DNA of 64,000 bases, from positions 90,830,001 through 90,894,000 of the forward strand of contig OX597819.1 of the NCBI GenBank assembly GCA_951406725.2, in the 5' to 3' direction. Below the pieces are notes generated by a model. That model did not search any database. It saw only the letters and a program-made list of their open reading frames with translations, and was not told the origin of the DNA. Positions 1-11,774 of this stretch are shown in pieces. Numbering within the stretch: position 1 is the stretch's first letter; each line of letters begins with the position of its first letter. A program made the position numbers and the translations under genes. The DNA is from Octopus vulgaris (taxonomy: Eukaryota).

Positions 1-1496
1 TCATGCACAGCACACTTCCATAGGACTCGGTCTTCAGTCATTTCCTTGGTGAGACCTAAAGTTCGAAGGTCGTGCTTCACCACCTCGTCCCAGGTTTTCC
101 TGGGTCTACCTCTTCCACAGGTTCCCTCAATTGCTAGGGTGTAGCACTTTTGCACACAACTATCTTCAGCCATTCTCGTCACATGACCATACCAGCGCAG
201 CCGTCTCTCTTGCACACCACAACTGACACTTCTTAGGTTCAACTTTTCTCTCAAAGTACTTACACTCTGACGATTATGAACACTGACATTACACATCCAT
301 CGGAGCATACTGGCTTCATTTCTTGCGAGCTTACGCATATCCTCAGCAGTCACGGCCCATGTTTCACTACCATGTAGCATGGCTGTACGTACACACGCAT
401 CATATAGTCTGCCTTTTACTCTTAGCGAGAGGCCTTTTGTCACCAGCAGGGGTAAGAGCTCTCTAAACTTTGCCCAGGCTATTCTTACTCTAGCAGTTAC
501 ACTTTCAGCACACCCACCCCCGCTACTGACTTGGTCTCCTAGGTAGCGGAAGCTATCAACTACTTCTAGTTTGTCTCCCTGGAACGTGGTAGAAGTTGGT
601 CTCTGCACATTTCCAGTGTTTATTGCTCCTGAGCATCTGCCACAGACAAAAACTATTTTCTTAGTTAGCCTTCCTTTGACATTGCTGCACCTCTTATGTG
701 TCCATAGCTTACACTTGGTGCACCTTATAGAGTTTCTACCTACACCTTTTTTACAGATCGAGCAGGGCCATCTACCTGAAGTCGTTTGTGATTGGTCCAC
801 CTTCCTACTTATTAGGACTTTGGTTTTGGCTAGGTTGATTCTAAGGCCCTTCGATTCTAATCCTTGTTTCCACACCTGAAACTTCTCCTCCAGTTCTGAT
901 AGTGACTCAGCAATTAGAGCAAGGTCATCAGCATAGAGGAGCTCCCAGGGGCATCCTGTCTCGAATTCCTCCGTTATTGCCTGGAGGACTATGATAAATA
1001 GGAGAGGACTGAGGACTGAACCTTGGTGGACCCCAACCTCTACCCGGAATTCTTCACTGTACTCGTTGCCAACCCTCACCTTACTAGCAGCGTCTCTGTA
1101 CATGGCTCGCACAGCTCTCACTAACCATTCATCTATCCCTAGTTTCCTCATTGACCACCAGATAAGGGATCGGGGGACCCTGTCAAAGGCTTTCTCCAAG
1201 TCAACAAAAGCCAGATACAAGGGCTTATCTTTGGCTAGGTATTTCTCCTGCAGCTGTCTTACCAGGAATATAGCATCAGTAGTACTTTTCCCTGGCACGA
1301 ACCCAAACTGCATATCATCTAAGCTAACTCTCTCTCTAATTAATTGGGCTATAACCCTCTCCGTAACCTTCACAACCTGATCCAGCAGCTTGATGCCCCT
1401 GTAGTTATTTGTATCTAGGGCGTCGCCTTTACCTTTGTAGCAGTTGACTATTATGCTGCTACACCAGTCATTGGGTATGACTCCTTCGTGTATCAC
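1..1496 (-). mobile_element. RTE-clade LINE, 5'-truncated; open ORF2 (RT with embedded PHD finger, plus C-terminus) running off the window start
   Basis: Manual translation from 1496 downward shows no stop or frameshift: NYRGIKLL, QFGFVPGKSTTDAIF, FVDLEKAFDRV, GVHQGSVLSPLLF, LLYADD (YADD at 924-935), SFRYLG, RRLRWYGHV, GRGRPRKTW. The 5' end abuts a (TA)n tract. Confidence 0.96.
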
Positions 1497-1511
1497 CTAT
1501 ATATATGTATA

Positions 1512-1569
<58 letters not shown>

Positions 1570-1606
1570 CATATATATATATACATACATATATATATAT
1601 ATATAT

Positions 1607-1705
<99 letters not shown>

Positions 1706-1830
1706 AAAAATTGTGTAGAGATGTCTCTTTTGGAGATAATAACTTGCCCCCAAGCCTTCTCTACTCATTTTTTCAAATATATGATAGTGTACCAAGAACT
1801 TTCTTTTTATTATTCTATTATATATATATC

Positions 1831-2118
1831 TATATTAATAGTAATGGTAAGACAACAAAAAAAATGAAAGAGACCTCGATATTATGTAAATAGAGGAATT
1901 TATCTGTAATATAATATGTTACAATTATTCGGTAGCCATAAGACTCCAAGTTTTGGATGTTGAGGCAGAAACCTGCTCCGGCATCTCATCAGTCATTGAT
2001 AGCATATTTTGATTGCTTCGATAACTGATGAGATGCCGGAGCAGGTTTCCGCACCGATATCCGAAACTCACAGTCTTATTATGGCAACCAAATAATTGTA
2101 ACATATTTATATTACAAA
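1831..2118. mobile_element. Penelope-like element terminal repeat with inverted copy (two divergent hammerhead motifs)
   Basis: Inverted arms at ~1921-1995 and ~2020-2105, each containing CTGATGA...(G/A)AAAC...GTC. A second family copy lies at 15211-15450. Confidence 0.75.
2020..2080 (+). ncRNA. Type I hammerhead ribozyme motif
   Basis: gataa-CTGATGA(2025-2031)-extended stem II-GAAA(2063-2066)-CT-cac-AG-TC-ttatt. GUC cleavage triplet at 2073-2075; stem I gataa/ttatt. Confidence 0.7.
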
Positions 2119-3314
2119 TATATATATATATATATATACACACACAGACACAAACATCATGATGAATCCTTGAAAGGGACAAAAGCACTAAATAGTGTTT
2201 ATCCAAATCCTGACTACCTTTTATTTTTAATATATAAAATCTGTACACCACTTCTTTCTCATAACACAACAATGCAACCCAATTTTGCTTGCTTCCAAGG
2301 CTGTTTCAGATTCTTTTTCCAGTTGACATCACCCTGTTGGATATTTATGAGTGGATAAAAATGACAAAGATCTACATTTTACTCAATATACTTCCATTAA
2401 AAATATTTGGCTGAACACATATTGATGCATATGTAAACACATTCACTTTAGACACACACACACTACATATTTTATTAATTCAAACAAATTCTAAATACTG
2501 GTACTTGAAAACACATGTCTGCATATTAATGAATATTATCAACTAGAAAAGAATCCATGATTTAGTTCAATACCATCAGCTAGCACCTAGGGTATCTTTA
2601 ACAGTCTGGTGCAAGCATTTGGAAAATGAAAGAGTTGTATGATATATATTGGAGTTGATGTATTAGGCATTATTTAGGTGTATGCTATTTTTTCTTCATG
2701 AGCCATATGAAATAAAGACTGCACTAAGAATCTACACACACACACACACATGCATACATGCATGCACATGCACACACACTCATGTGCACATGTATGTGCA
2801 CATATGCACATGCATACACACACATGCGTGCGTGCGCGCACACACACACTACTGAATTGGTATGAACTTTTTTCCATGACAAAATATATTGAATGGCATT
2901 CTTATGGGTTGAAATATGCCACAAGCATATTTGAACTTGTAAGTTTGTACTTATACATGTTACTGTTTAGTGCTGTTATCCCGTATTTCATGTGCAACAA
3001 GCCACTGAAAAGCACACAGAGTCATTGAATGATGATAGAAATATCATAAGAGGGACTTATTGTGTCAGTTTGCAATGTCTGATTTTCCAGTTTCTGTTTC
3101 TGAAGAGGAGATAACCACTCTGAAATTCCTGCATCCAACAATCTGGTTAAGAAATATTGTGAACTGACTCAGGCACTTATCTGTCTACAACAAGAAAATT
3201 TCTCCATGACAAATCACAGTGAGTGCCTTTCATACAGGTTTGATAATGCTTCAAAGTATATTTGAACTAGTAACAAGTTTGTAGTTATAGACATCATTGC
3301 TTAACACTGTCATC

Positions 3315-3440
<126 letters not shown>

Positions 3441-3505
3441 ATATCTATATATATATATGTATGTATGTATATATCTATATATCTATACATATATATATAT
3501 ATATG

Positions 3506-3870
3506 TTAATAGTTATCGCCAAGTTGACAAGGCAGTCTAGAAAAATAGGATGAGTGGTGCCATTGATTAGCTCCAAGAGGCCATCGCCTCTAGCTAGCTA
3601 TGTGACACACAAACCTGTGTCCATTATAACCTTCAAACATGGGAGGTCAGCAGCTTCCCCTTCCTGTCCTCCCCTGTTTGAAGGTTATAATGGACACAGG
3701 TTTGTGTGTCACATAGCTTGCTAGAGGCGATGGCCTCTTGGAGCTAATCAACGGCAGCATTCGTCCTATTTTTTCTGGACTGCCATGTTAGCTTGGCGAT
3801 AACTATTAATATCCAGTGCCGCTGCCATAGTCTCCTTTAGAGAGAATTAGAAATAATGGTATTCCTATTT
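3506..3870. mobile_element. Fold-back element (long inverted repeat with one-sided extension)
   Basis: Arms ~3506-3650 and ~3665-3810 are near reverse complements (ttaatagttatcgccaag...cttggcgataactattaa). Flanked by (TA)n on both sides. Confidence 0.8.
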
Positions 3871-3917
3871 ATATATATATATATATATATATAAGAGAAC
3901 AAAGTGTACGTACGCCG

Positions 3918-3975
<58 letters not shown>

Positions 3976-4014
3976 AAATACAAAATGGGACAAGAATGCA
4001 AAACATCTGGACAA

Positions 4015-4470
4015 CTAGGTGATTTAGTGAAGCTGCAATTGTCTTCCAGTACCTGAAACCTGTACAGTCCAACTCTTCCTTCAAACAAAGCACTAAATTC
4101 TACTTGTATACATCCATTGTCATGCTAGCAGTGACTTATACCTGTGCTTGAGAGATGTGTAAAAAGACTAGTAGAATCATCAGAACTGTATATGTCTTCT
4201 GATGTTGCCTTAGAACCATACTTAGAATTTCTTAGCATGACTACATCAACAAATGAAATAGTCATGGAAAGGACCAGGCTGAGTATTCTATGGGATAAAT
4301 GACTGTGAGATGGAAGAACATGTCCAGCTATGAGTTACACATGCTCATGAAGAGACCAGCAAGATCTCCTCTTGAGTCAATGCTAGAGAGGAGTGTATGA
4401 GATCAAGAAGACCTGAACTATGGAAGTGGATCTGGCAGATAAGGACCTGACCAGGAAGCAGGTTCATAAC
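4015..4470 (+). mobile_element. Old RTE LINE ORF2 C-terminal remnant
   Basis: Degraded translation TKFYLYTSIV...CCLRTILRIS*HDYI.NEIVMER matches the RTE post-RT pattern; contains stops and frameshifts. Confidence 0.6.
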
Positions 4471-5726
4471 CGGGTTTGTGACCATTCTGGGTGGAGATCT
4501 CTAGTCACCTAATACTCCATGGGCAATAAGAGGAACTAAGACCAAGAGGAAGACAATAGCCATATTCTTTGCAGTTGTTGCTGTTTAGTCCCAAGTCAGC
4601 CCTGATCAAGTACAACTATGATCAAATGCATTACATCTATGGCTATTTCATCATGTTTCAAGCACTGTGCACCTTGGATTATATTAATCAATGAGTCCTT
4701 TTAAGATGATTGGGTATGATTCTAGTTGGCTGGGTGACCATGTAGAGCAGGGACTTTTTTAATACTAGAGTTCATAGTTAAGTACATATAAAACTTGTTA
4801 GGTTTGCATTTGTGTTGAGGAAAATACTGAATCTAATTTTACAAATTCATAAGCATATAACATATTAAATAACAAATTCAGTGTTAAATTTAAACTACTT
4901 TTTCATTTTCTGTAGAGACTTCAGGAGGAAGTTTCTAAACTACTTTTTCATTTTAAACTCTTTTTCCATTTTCTATAGAGACTTCTGTAGGAGGCAGGTT
5001 AAAATTTGAATACAGGCAAGGGGTTCCTTATCACTGACACATAATCTTCTTTGACTGATATTCTTCATAGTGATGTGAAGAATACCAGTCAAAGTGACTC
5101 CTGTAACGTATTCATTTCATTTTCTTATCATTAGCTCTTATCTAGGTTAATGTTATAAGTGAGGTGGCAAGTGGAAACAGCTTGATACACAGGTTGTGTG
5201 TCTTTTACTTTATTAGTAAACACTTCCTAGTTGGCATCACACCAAAAAGCAACTTCCTCTCTACTCACTGGACAGGAACCACTTATGGCTAGAAACATTG
5301 CATTGACCATAATAAAGTTGCCATCATATACAGGACCATAAAACAAAACCATTGAGAGAATCAACTTCTGCATACTCTATAAAATGTTGATTCATCTAAT
5401 TTGAAGTCATCTTGTGTTTTGCAATCATAAATAATTGGTTACTCAACTTCATTTTAGCTGAGGAACAATTTTCTTCTTCCCTATCTGTAGTTAGTGTTCC
5501 TTCCTTGATAAATAACCTACTCAACAAAATTAATCATTTAAATAAGGTCATTAATATCTGTATATTAATTTAAACATAATGTGTCTTATCTCAGTAATTC
5601 GCCATTATCAATATATTAAATTATTATTATGTGATAAAAGACAAATCATGTTTTAAGTGTCAATACTAGTAGCAAAGAAATACTATTACAGTAGTATGAA
5701 TTCTTTCATGTTAGATTAATAACTCA

Positions 5727-5944
5727 TGTCAAGGTTGATTTTCACATAGCTGATAACTAAAAATTACTACTGGCTTCTATTTTATAGACCCAGGCAGTTC
5801 TGCTTCAGTGATATATATATGACAGTAACTTTGCTGCCTCCACTTCAACTTATGTCAAGGTCGATTTCTTTTTCACTTAGCTGATAAAGAAAATCTATAG
5901 CAGCTCCTGTTTAGTAGTCCCCAGCATTTCTGCTTCAGTAACAC
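5727..5944. repeat. Diverged ~125-bp tandem duplication
   Basis: atgtcaaggt(t/c)gattt...tagctgataa...ttctgcttcagt occurs twice. Confidence 0.6.
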
Positions 5945-6085
5945 CTACACCTCTGACATTGAAGTAGCTCATCAAATAACTCTTATCTGGGGCTTATGCT
6001 TTATACTTAGTTATGTGTAGCAAGAAATCAGAAATGATAACTTTCTGACTGGTCATATCAACAACTGCATATATATATATATATA

Positions 6086-6116
<31 letters not shown>

Positions 6117-6445
6117 GCTGGTGGCACGTGAAAGAAACATTCGAGTGAGGTTGTTGTCAGTGGCGCTGGACTGGCTCCTGTGCAGGTGGCACATAAAAAG
6201 CACCATTTGAGCGTGGCCGCTACCAGTATTGCTTGACTGGCCCTTGTGCCGGTGGCACGTAAAAGCACCCCCTACACTCCCAGAGTGGTTGGCGTTAGGA
6301 AGGGCATCCAGCTGTAGAAACTCTGCCAGATCAGAGTGGAGTCTGGTGCAGCCATCTGGTTCGCCAGACCTCAGTCAAATCGTCCAACCCATGCTAGCAT
6401 GGAAAGCGAATGTTAAACGATGATGATGGTGAGGATGATAATGAT
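6117..6445 (+). mobile_element. RTE LINE 3' UTR fragment with (GAT)n tail
   Basis: Matches the 3' UTR at 57460-57718: repeated ggtggcacgtaaaagcac, aggaagggcatccagctgtagaaa, acccatgctagcatggaa, then gatgatgat. Confidence 0.88.
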
Positions 6446-6559
6446 ATAGACAGACCGACAGACAGACAGGTAGATAGATAGATAGTTAGATAGATATATA
6501 GATAAATAGACAGATATAAGTGTACGTGTGTGTGTGTCTGTACATGCCTGTGTGAATGC

Positions 6560-6760
6560 AAGCGGTGTCCTTCATTTCCAACCTTCTGTGAAAACATGTC
6601 TGGTCATGGGGAAATATTACCTAACTTGAAAATAGGTGAAGGTTGGTGACAGGAAAGACATCTGGCCATAGAAAATCTGCCACTACAAATTTCATCCAAC
6701 CCATGAGAGCATGGAAATGTGGACGTTATAACACCAATGATGATGATAATGATGATGATA
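6560..6760 (+). mobile_element. SINE 3' half with RTE-like tail
   Basis: gaaaacatgtctgg...gaaatattacct...caggtga.ggttgg..acaggaa...acccatg..agcatggaaa...(gat)n. Related copies at ~13270-13400, 22320-22552 and 27730-27925. Confidence 0.7.
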
Positions 6761-7082
6761 TTTTATGCACAACACTGTATGATTCAGAATGACAGTACCA
6801 AATTTAGATATTGGAAAGTTTGTCTGCAAGAGAAATGATGAAGCTATCTACTATGGCGATAGCTAAGTTTATGAATACTCTATATAGCAACTGACTGTTC
6901 TATACAGTTGATAAGGGAAGAAAACCAAGTGTGTCAACCAAGAAGCAGTCAAGAAACTGAGAAATGAGTAATCAGGTGATTTACACTTCTTTTTTTTTTG
7001 CCACATATTAAAAGTATAGAAGGAACATGGTTATGTTCTTTCTTCTACAGCCTGAGTTTCACAAGTGCACACACACATGTAT

Positions 7083-7136
<54 letters not shown>

Positions 7137-7154
7137 ACATACAAACACATAGAT

Positions 7155-7189
<35 letters not shown>

Positions 7190-7239
7190 CATACATACAT
7201 GTGTGTATGTATGTATATATATATATATATATATATAAA

Positions 7240-7567
7240 AGGAGCACTCCATCGGTTACAATGATGAGGGTCCCAGCTGATACGATCAACAGAACAGCCT
7301 GCTCATGAAATTAACATGCAAGCGACTGAGCAATCCACAGATACGCGTACCCCTAATGTAGTTCTCAGGGAGATTCAGCATAACACAGAGTGTGACAAGG
7401 CCGGCCCTTTGAAATACAGGTACAACTCATTTTTGCCAGCTGAGTGGACTGGAGCAATGTGAAATAAAGTGCCTTGCTCAAGGACACAACGTGTCGCCAG
7501 GATTCGAACTCACGACTTTACAACCATGAGCCGAATGCCCTAACCACTAAGCCATGTGCCTTCACAT
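7240..7567 (-). mobile_element. tRNA-derived SINE (family C), near full length
   Basis: Minus-strand head has A box tggcttagtggttagg and B box gagttcgaatcct, then gtgtccttgagcaaggcacttta...ccactcagctg. Confidence 0.85.
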
Positions 7568-7568
7568 G

Positions 7569-7671
<103 letters not shown>

Positions 7672-8829
7672 ATGTATGTATGTATGTATGCATGTATGTA
7701 TGTATGTATGTATATACATACGTTCATTCATACATACATATATCAAAGTGGTTATGCTGGTGGTGGTGGTGGTGGCAGTAGTGGTAGTGGTTGTGGTACT
7801 AGGCAGTAATGGTGTTAGTGGATGATAACAACACTACTACAAACTATAACAGTGAAGGACTTTTGTTGTCAATTTTACTGATTACAATGAAGAAGAAAAG
7901 AGAAGGAGAATGAGAAAGAAAATACTTATAATGAAGTTGATAATCATTTTTAAAAAATTTATCTCATTTGTTTTTAATTTTATTGTTTTTTTTCTCCATC
8001 TTTATTTATTTGTGTAATAAATATAGAATCACTGGCTGATTCTGTCACATATTATCTTTGACAGCTATAAATAGACCTGAGTCAAATATGCTTGTCCTTT
8101 GGTTCTTATATAAAATAAAAAAATTAATGCATATAAACAAAAAAAACAAACAATACACAAAACAATGTGTATGTACTGCATGTATGGAGGACAGGTTGAA
8201 GTCTTCTGCTTTCAGATATTTGGCAAAAGCAAAGACATAAAGACAAAAGACTGTGTTTGCCTCTATGTATGTATGTATGTATGTATGTATGTATGTATGT
8301 ATGTATGTATGTATGTATGTATGTATGTATGTATGCATGTATGTATGTATGTATGCGTGAGTTTGAGTCTCATAGCCGGCCGCCAACACTTTTTGCTACA
8401 AAATAGGGGTAGCTTATCCTGTTCAGGCTATATCATTAGCATTACCTGGCGTTTGAGAATTTAAAATCACTTCTTTAACTTTCTAAGACATCTCAACGCT
8501 TCTAAAGCAAACTTTGTTTGTTTGTTTACATTTATTGTAATTTGAATTTAATGTGTGTATGTTATGTATGTATGTATGTATGTATGTTATGTATGTATGT
8601 ATGTATGTATGTATGTTATGTATGTATGTATGTATGTTATGTATGTATGTATGTATGTATGTATGTATGCGTGCATGCATAAAAAAGCAGAGAGAGAAGA
8701 TGACATGCTTGTAGGACAGAGGGTGAAGCATTCCTGTGGCCAACATTATCTCAAATAGTCTCACTTCTGGCACATCACCCACTATACTACAGAGAAGCAA
8801 TCCTAGCTATGTTAAAGATGATGTACTTT

Positions 8830-9460
8830 CACCAGAGGAGATCTTCAGAGATAGGGAAGTCTAGCATTTGGGGTGACTGTGAAGGGTCTAGCTGAATGAT
8901 GTTCATTTGTAAAGGGGGTTGTAGTATGATGATGTTTTCTTGGTTTGAGTAATTCATGCATTTTTATATTCATTTTGCTGTTGAGAGTGACAAGATGGGT
9001 TTGACCCCATCGTTGGATGCTTTCAAGATCTCTGTTCAAGGAATCAGTGAGTTTGCGAGTTGGAGTATATAAAGGAGGAATAAAGAGGTGTATGATCTGC
9101 GTAAGAGTGGCCTTTGTTGGATAGCATAACAAGTAGGTATTGATACATAGAAGAAGAAAAGTGGGGGAACAAAACTAAAGCCTGGGGCACACCAGAGTTA
9201 ATTAAGTGATTGACAGAAAGAACTCCATTAACACACGCATGATGGTGGGATGTGATAAAAAGCTAGCAATCCAAGAGATGAGAAATGGATGGCGCTTTTA
9301 GACAGGAAGTTTGCATTTATATGCCACATGTGATCAAAAGCTTCCCAAATGTCTAAGACAACTGTGTTGTTTTTCACCAAGTTTCTCTAAAGGATGAGAG
9401 CCTACTGGTAGATGTCATAGGAAAGCAAGAGCTTACTGGTGATGTTGTGTGTATGCATAC
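8830..9460 (-). mobile_element. CR1/jockey-group LINE RT remnant
   Basis: Degraded motifs VVLDIWEAFDHMWH, ISWIASF, INSGAP and SLNRDLESIQRWGQTHLVTLNSK. Confidence 0.75.
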
Positions 9461-9960
9461 ATTCTTGGGTATGAGATGTTTTGGCATGAGGTGTTTGTAC
9501 CCCTATCCCAATTTGGCATCACTGATTTGATTCTGAGTTATTTGACATCAGATGTTTTAGTGTTTTTCTCATTTTCTCCTGCCTCACTTTCTCTCTGTTT
9601 ATGTGTGTGTGCATATTTCATTTTATGCATATGAGGAGAGGCAAAGTGCTTATGTCAATTGTTTTCAACTTATAAATTGTAAGTCTCTTGCTTCCCCTCT
9701 AACTCTATCACCCTCTATCCATATGTGTATATTATTGCATGTATGTACATATGTGTGTGTGTTTGTGTGTGTATGTGTGTGTGTATGTGTTTGTCTGCCT
9801 CCAGCAGCAACTAGAACTATTGCTAAAACAGGGTGAATATACAGTCAGCCATGTCAAACTGTCAGTGCCCAAACATCAGCGCCCAGTTGTCTCATTTTAG
9901 ACTTTATCATATGCATGTATGTATATATGATGTACACACACACAAACATTATATATATAC

Positions 9961-10172
9961 TCTCAGAGTGGTTGGCATTAGGAAGGGCATCCAGCCATAG
10001 AAACCATGCCAAAACAGACTGGAGTCTGGTGCAGCCTTCCAGCTAGCTGGCTCGGGTCAAACCATCCAGTTTATGTCAGCATGGACAACAGACGTTAAAC
10101 GATGATAATGATGATGATGATAATGATGATGATGATGATGATGATGATGACGATGATGATGATGATGATGAT
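9961..10172 (+). mobile_element. RTE LINE 3' terminal fragment with expanded (GAT)n tail
   Basis: gagtggttggcattaggaagggcatccag...gacgttaaac(gat)n. Confidence 0.85.
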
Positions 10173-10194
10173 ATATATCATCAATGGATCATAT

Positions 10195-10293
10195 ATCCAA
10201 AAAAGAAGCACACTCTAATGGACAGAGTAGTAATGTATTTACAAGCAGTTAAATATATGTCCAGTCATAGAGTGACCAATGGTTTTGCATCCT
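10195..10293 (-). mobile_element. Penelope-like terminal fragment (family of 21468-22080) with 3' half of a hammerhead
   Basis: Shares caaaaagaagcacact...agtagtaat with ~21476-21512. Minus strand reads AAAACcattgGTCactc. Confidence 0.6.
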
Positions 10294-10520
10294 TTAACCC
10301 CTTAACATTCAGATTTCTTGGTCAAATGTAATTCTTATTTATTCACATTGCTTTGAATTGATCATGCAGTATCTTGTAGTTTCAAAATTTCAATAGTGTT
10401 TGTATATTTTTAGAATGATATTGTAGGGTGGGTATGAGAGGTTGGATATGGTCAGTTTTAGCATAAAATGAGTAGAATATTTGGGTCAGATATGGCTGTA
10501 TTAAATGCCAATGGGGTTAA
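10294..10520 (+). mobile_element. piggyBac-like MITE
   Basis: TTAA at both ends (10294-10297, 10517-10520) with ccc(c/t)tt...ggg termini. Other copies at 34917-35134, 37914-38113 and 38126-38340. Confidence 0.8.
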
Positions 10521-10551
10521 ACAATGCAATTTCACTCACAAAGTAAAAGAT

Positions 10552-10803
10552 TACGGAGATGTACCTGCATAGCAAGTGATTTGATCTGAGATCATGTGCT
10601 GAAACGAAAACAATTGCAGCGTGGAAGGTGTTTGTAAGCCATTTAAGAAACACACAAAAGCTGTTCGATTCACTTCAACATTTAAGTTTGATTGCAGCAC
10701 GGATGTTTGTCAGTGAACAGGTCGCGGTCTTAAAGTGACGAAAATATTTTGACAAATTAAGCTTAAATGTTGAAGTGAATCGAATGGCTTTTGTGTGTTT
10801 CTT
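10552..10803. mobile_element. ~250-bp insertion with internal inversion and 12-bp target-site duplication
   Basis: aaagtaaaagat at 10540-10551 and 10804-10815; inverted arms ~10642-10689 and ~10759-10806; empty site present at ~12372-12383. Confidence 0.8.
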
Positions 10804-11602
10804 AAAGTAAAAGATGTTTGCTTAAAATGCCACAAAGTGGAATTGAACCCAGAAATTCAAGTCTACAAAGAGGATATAACAACACTGGTGGATGGCTTTG
10901 TTGGTTGCTCCACAAATAAATTTATAAAGTTATTATTGTTCATTTATCTCATTTATCTTTGAAACAAACAAAAAAAGAGCAAAGAAAAAGAACAAACAGA
11001 AAAGCAATGAAAACAAACAATGAAATAATATAAAATAAAAAAAACAATTGATAAGATAAAATAAAGATAGATTTTTGTTCCAAATATAGCAACCTGCTAC
11101 TATTTAATAAATACTAATTATATCTAGGTTAAAGCATGCAGTAATTATGTTAATTATATCAATAATAATATATCTGCTATAATTTGTATTAAACATTAAA
11201 ATTACAAACCAATGAGGGAGCGTCTGTTTGATTGTTTCACCAGGTTAGAATGTTGGTCAAATCTCCTTTAAATGATATCTTCAGATCTCATCATACGTTT
11301 TCGGTCATGTGTGCATGTGTATGGGTGGGTGGTCCAAACCATCCCAGCATGGGGAAAGCGGATGTAAAAATGAGGATGCAAAATATATATTATCTATTTA
11401 GCTATCTAAGTATATACATACAGGTACATATACATATAATATACATTATATACATATGCACACACACACACACACACTCACACACATATATGTGTATAAA
11501 TATATACGTATATATATGAATATATGCATATATATGCATATATATGTATGTGTATGTATGTGTGTGTATATATATATATATTTATATATATATATATGCA
11601 TG

Positions 11603-11719
11603 TGGCCTGCTCGCTTAGCCAGCGGGGTGGCGTCATTCAAAGGCTAAAACAATGCGAACGCATTGTGACCAGCGATGTGTAACAACATCTGATGGTCTGG
11701 TTGGTCACGTGATCATGTG

Positions 11720-11720
<1 letters not shown>
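11603..11720 (+). mobile_element. SINE 3' tail fragment
   Basis: CpG-rich gcctgctcgcttagccagcgggg...ggtcacgtgatc, embedded in (TA)n. The ggtcacgtgat end is shared with 19853-19943. Confidence 0.55.
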
Positions 11721-11754
<34 letters not shown>

Positions 11755-11774
11755 TGTATGTATATATGTATATA

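Noticed and set aside
571-1380. Plus-strand ORFs 571-879 and 991-1380
   Set aside because: Antisense shadows of the RTE reverse transcriptase on the minus strand.
2300-2380. Possible exon ILFPVDITLLDIYEWIK
   Set aside because: It resembles a decayed Tc1-type PDITPLDFYLWG motif as much as a host exon; too short to call either way.
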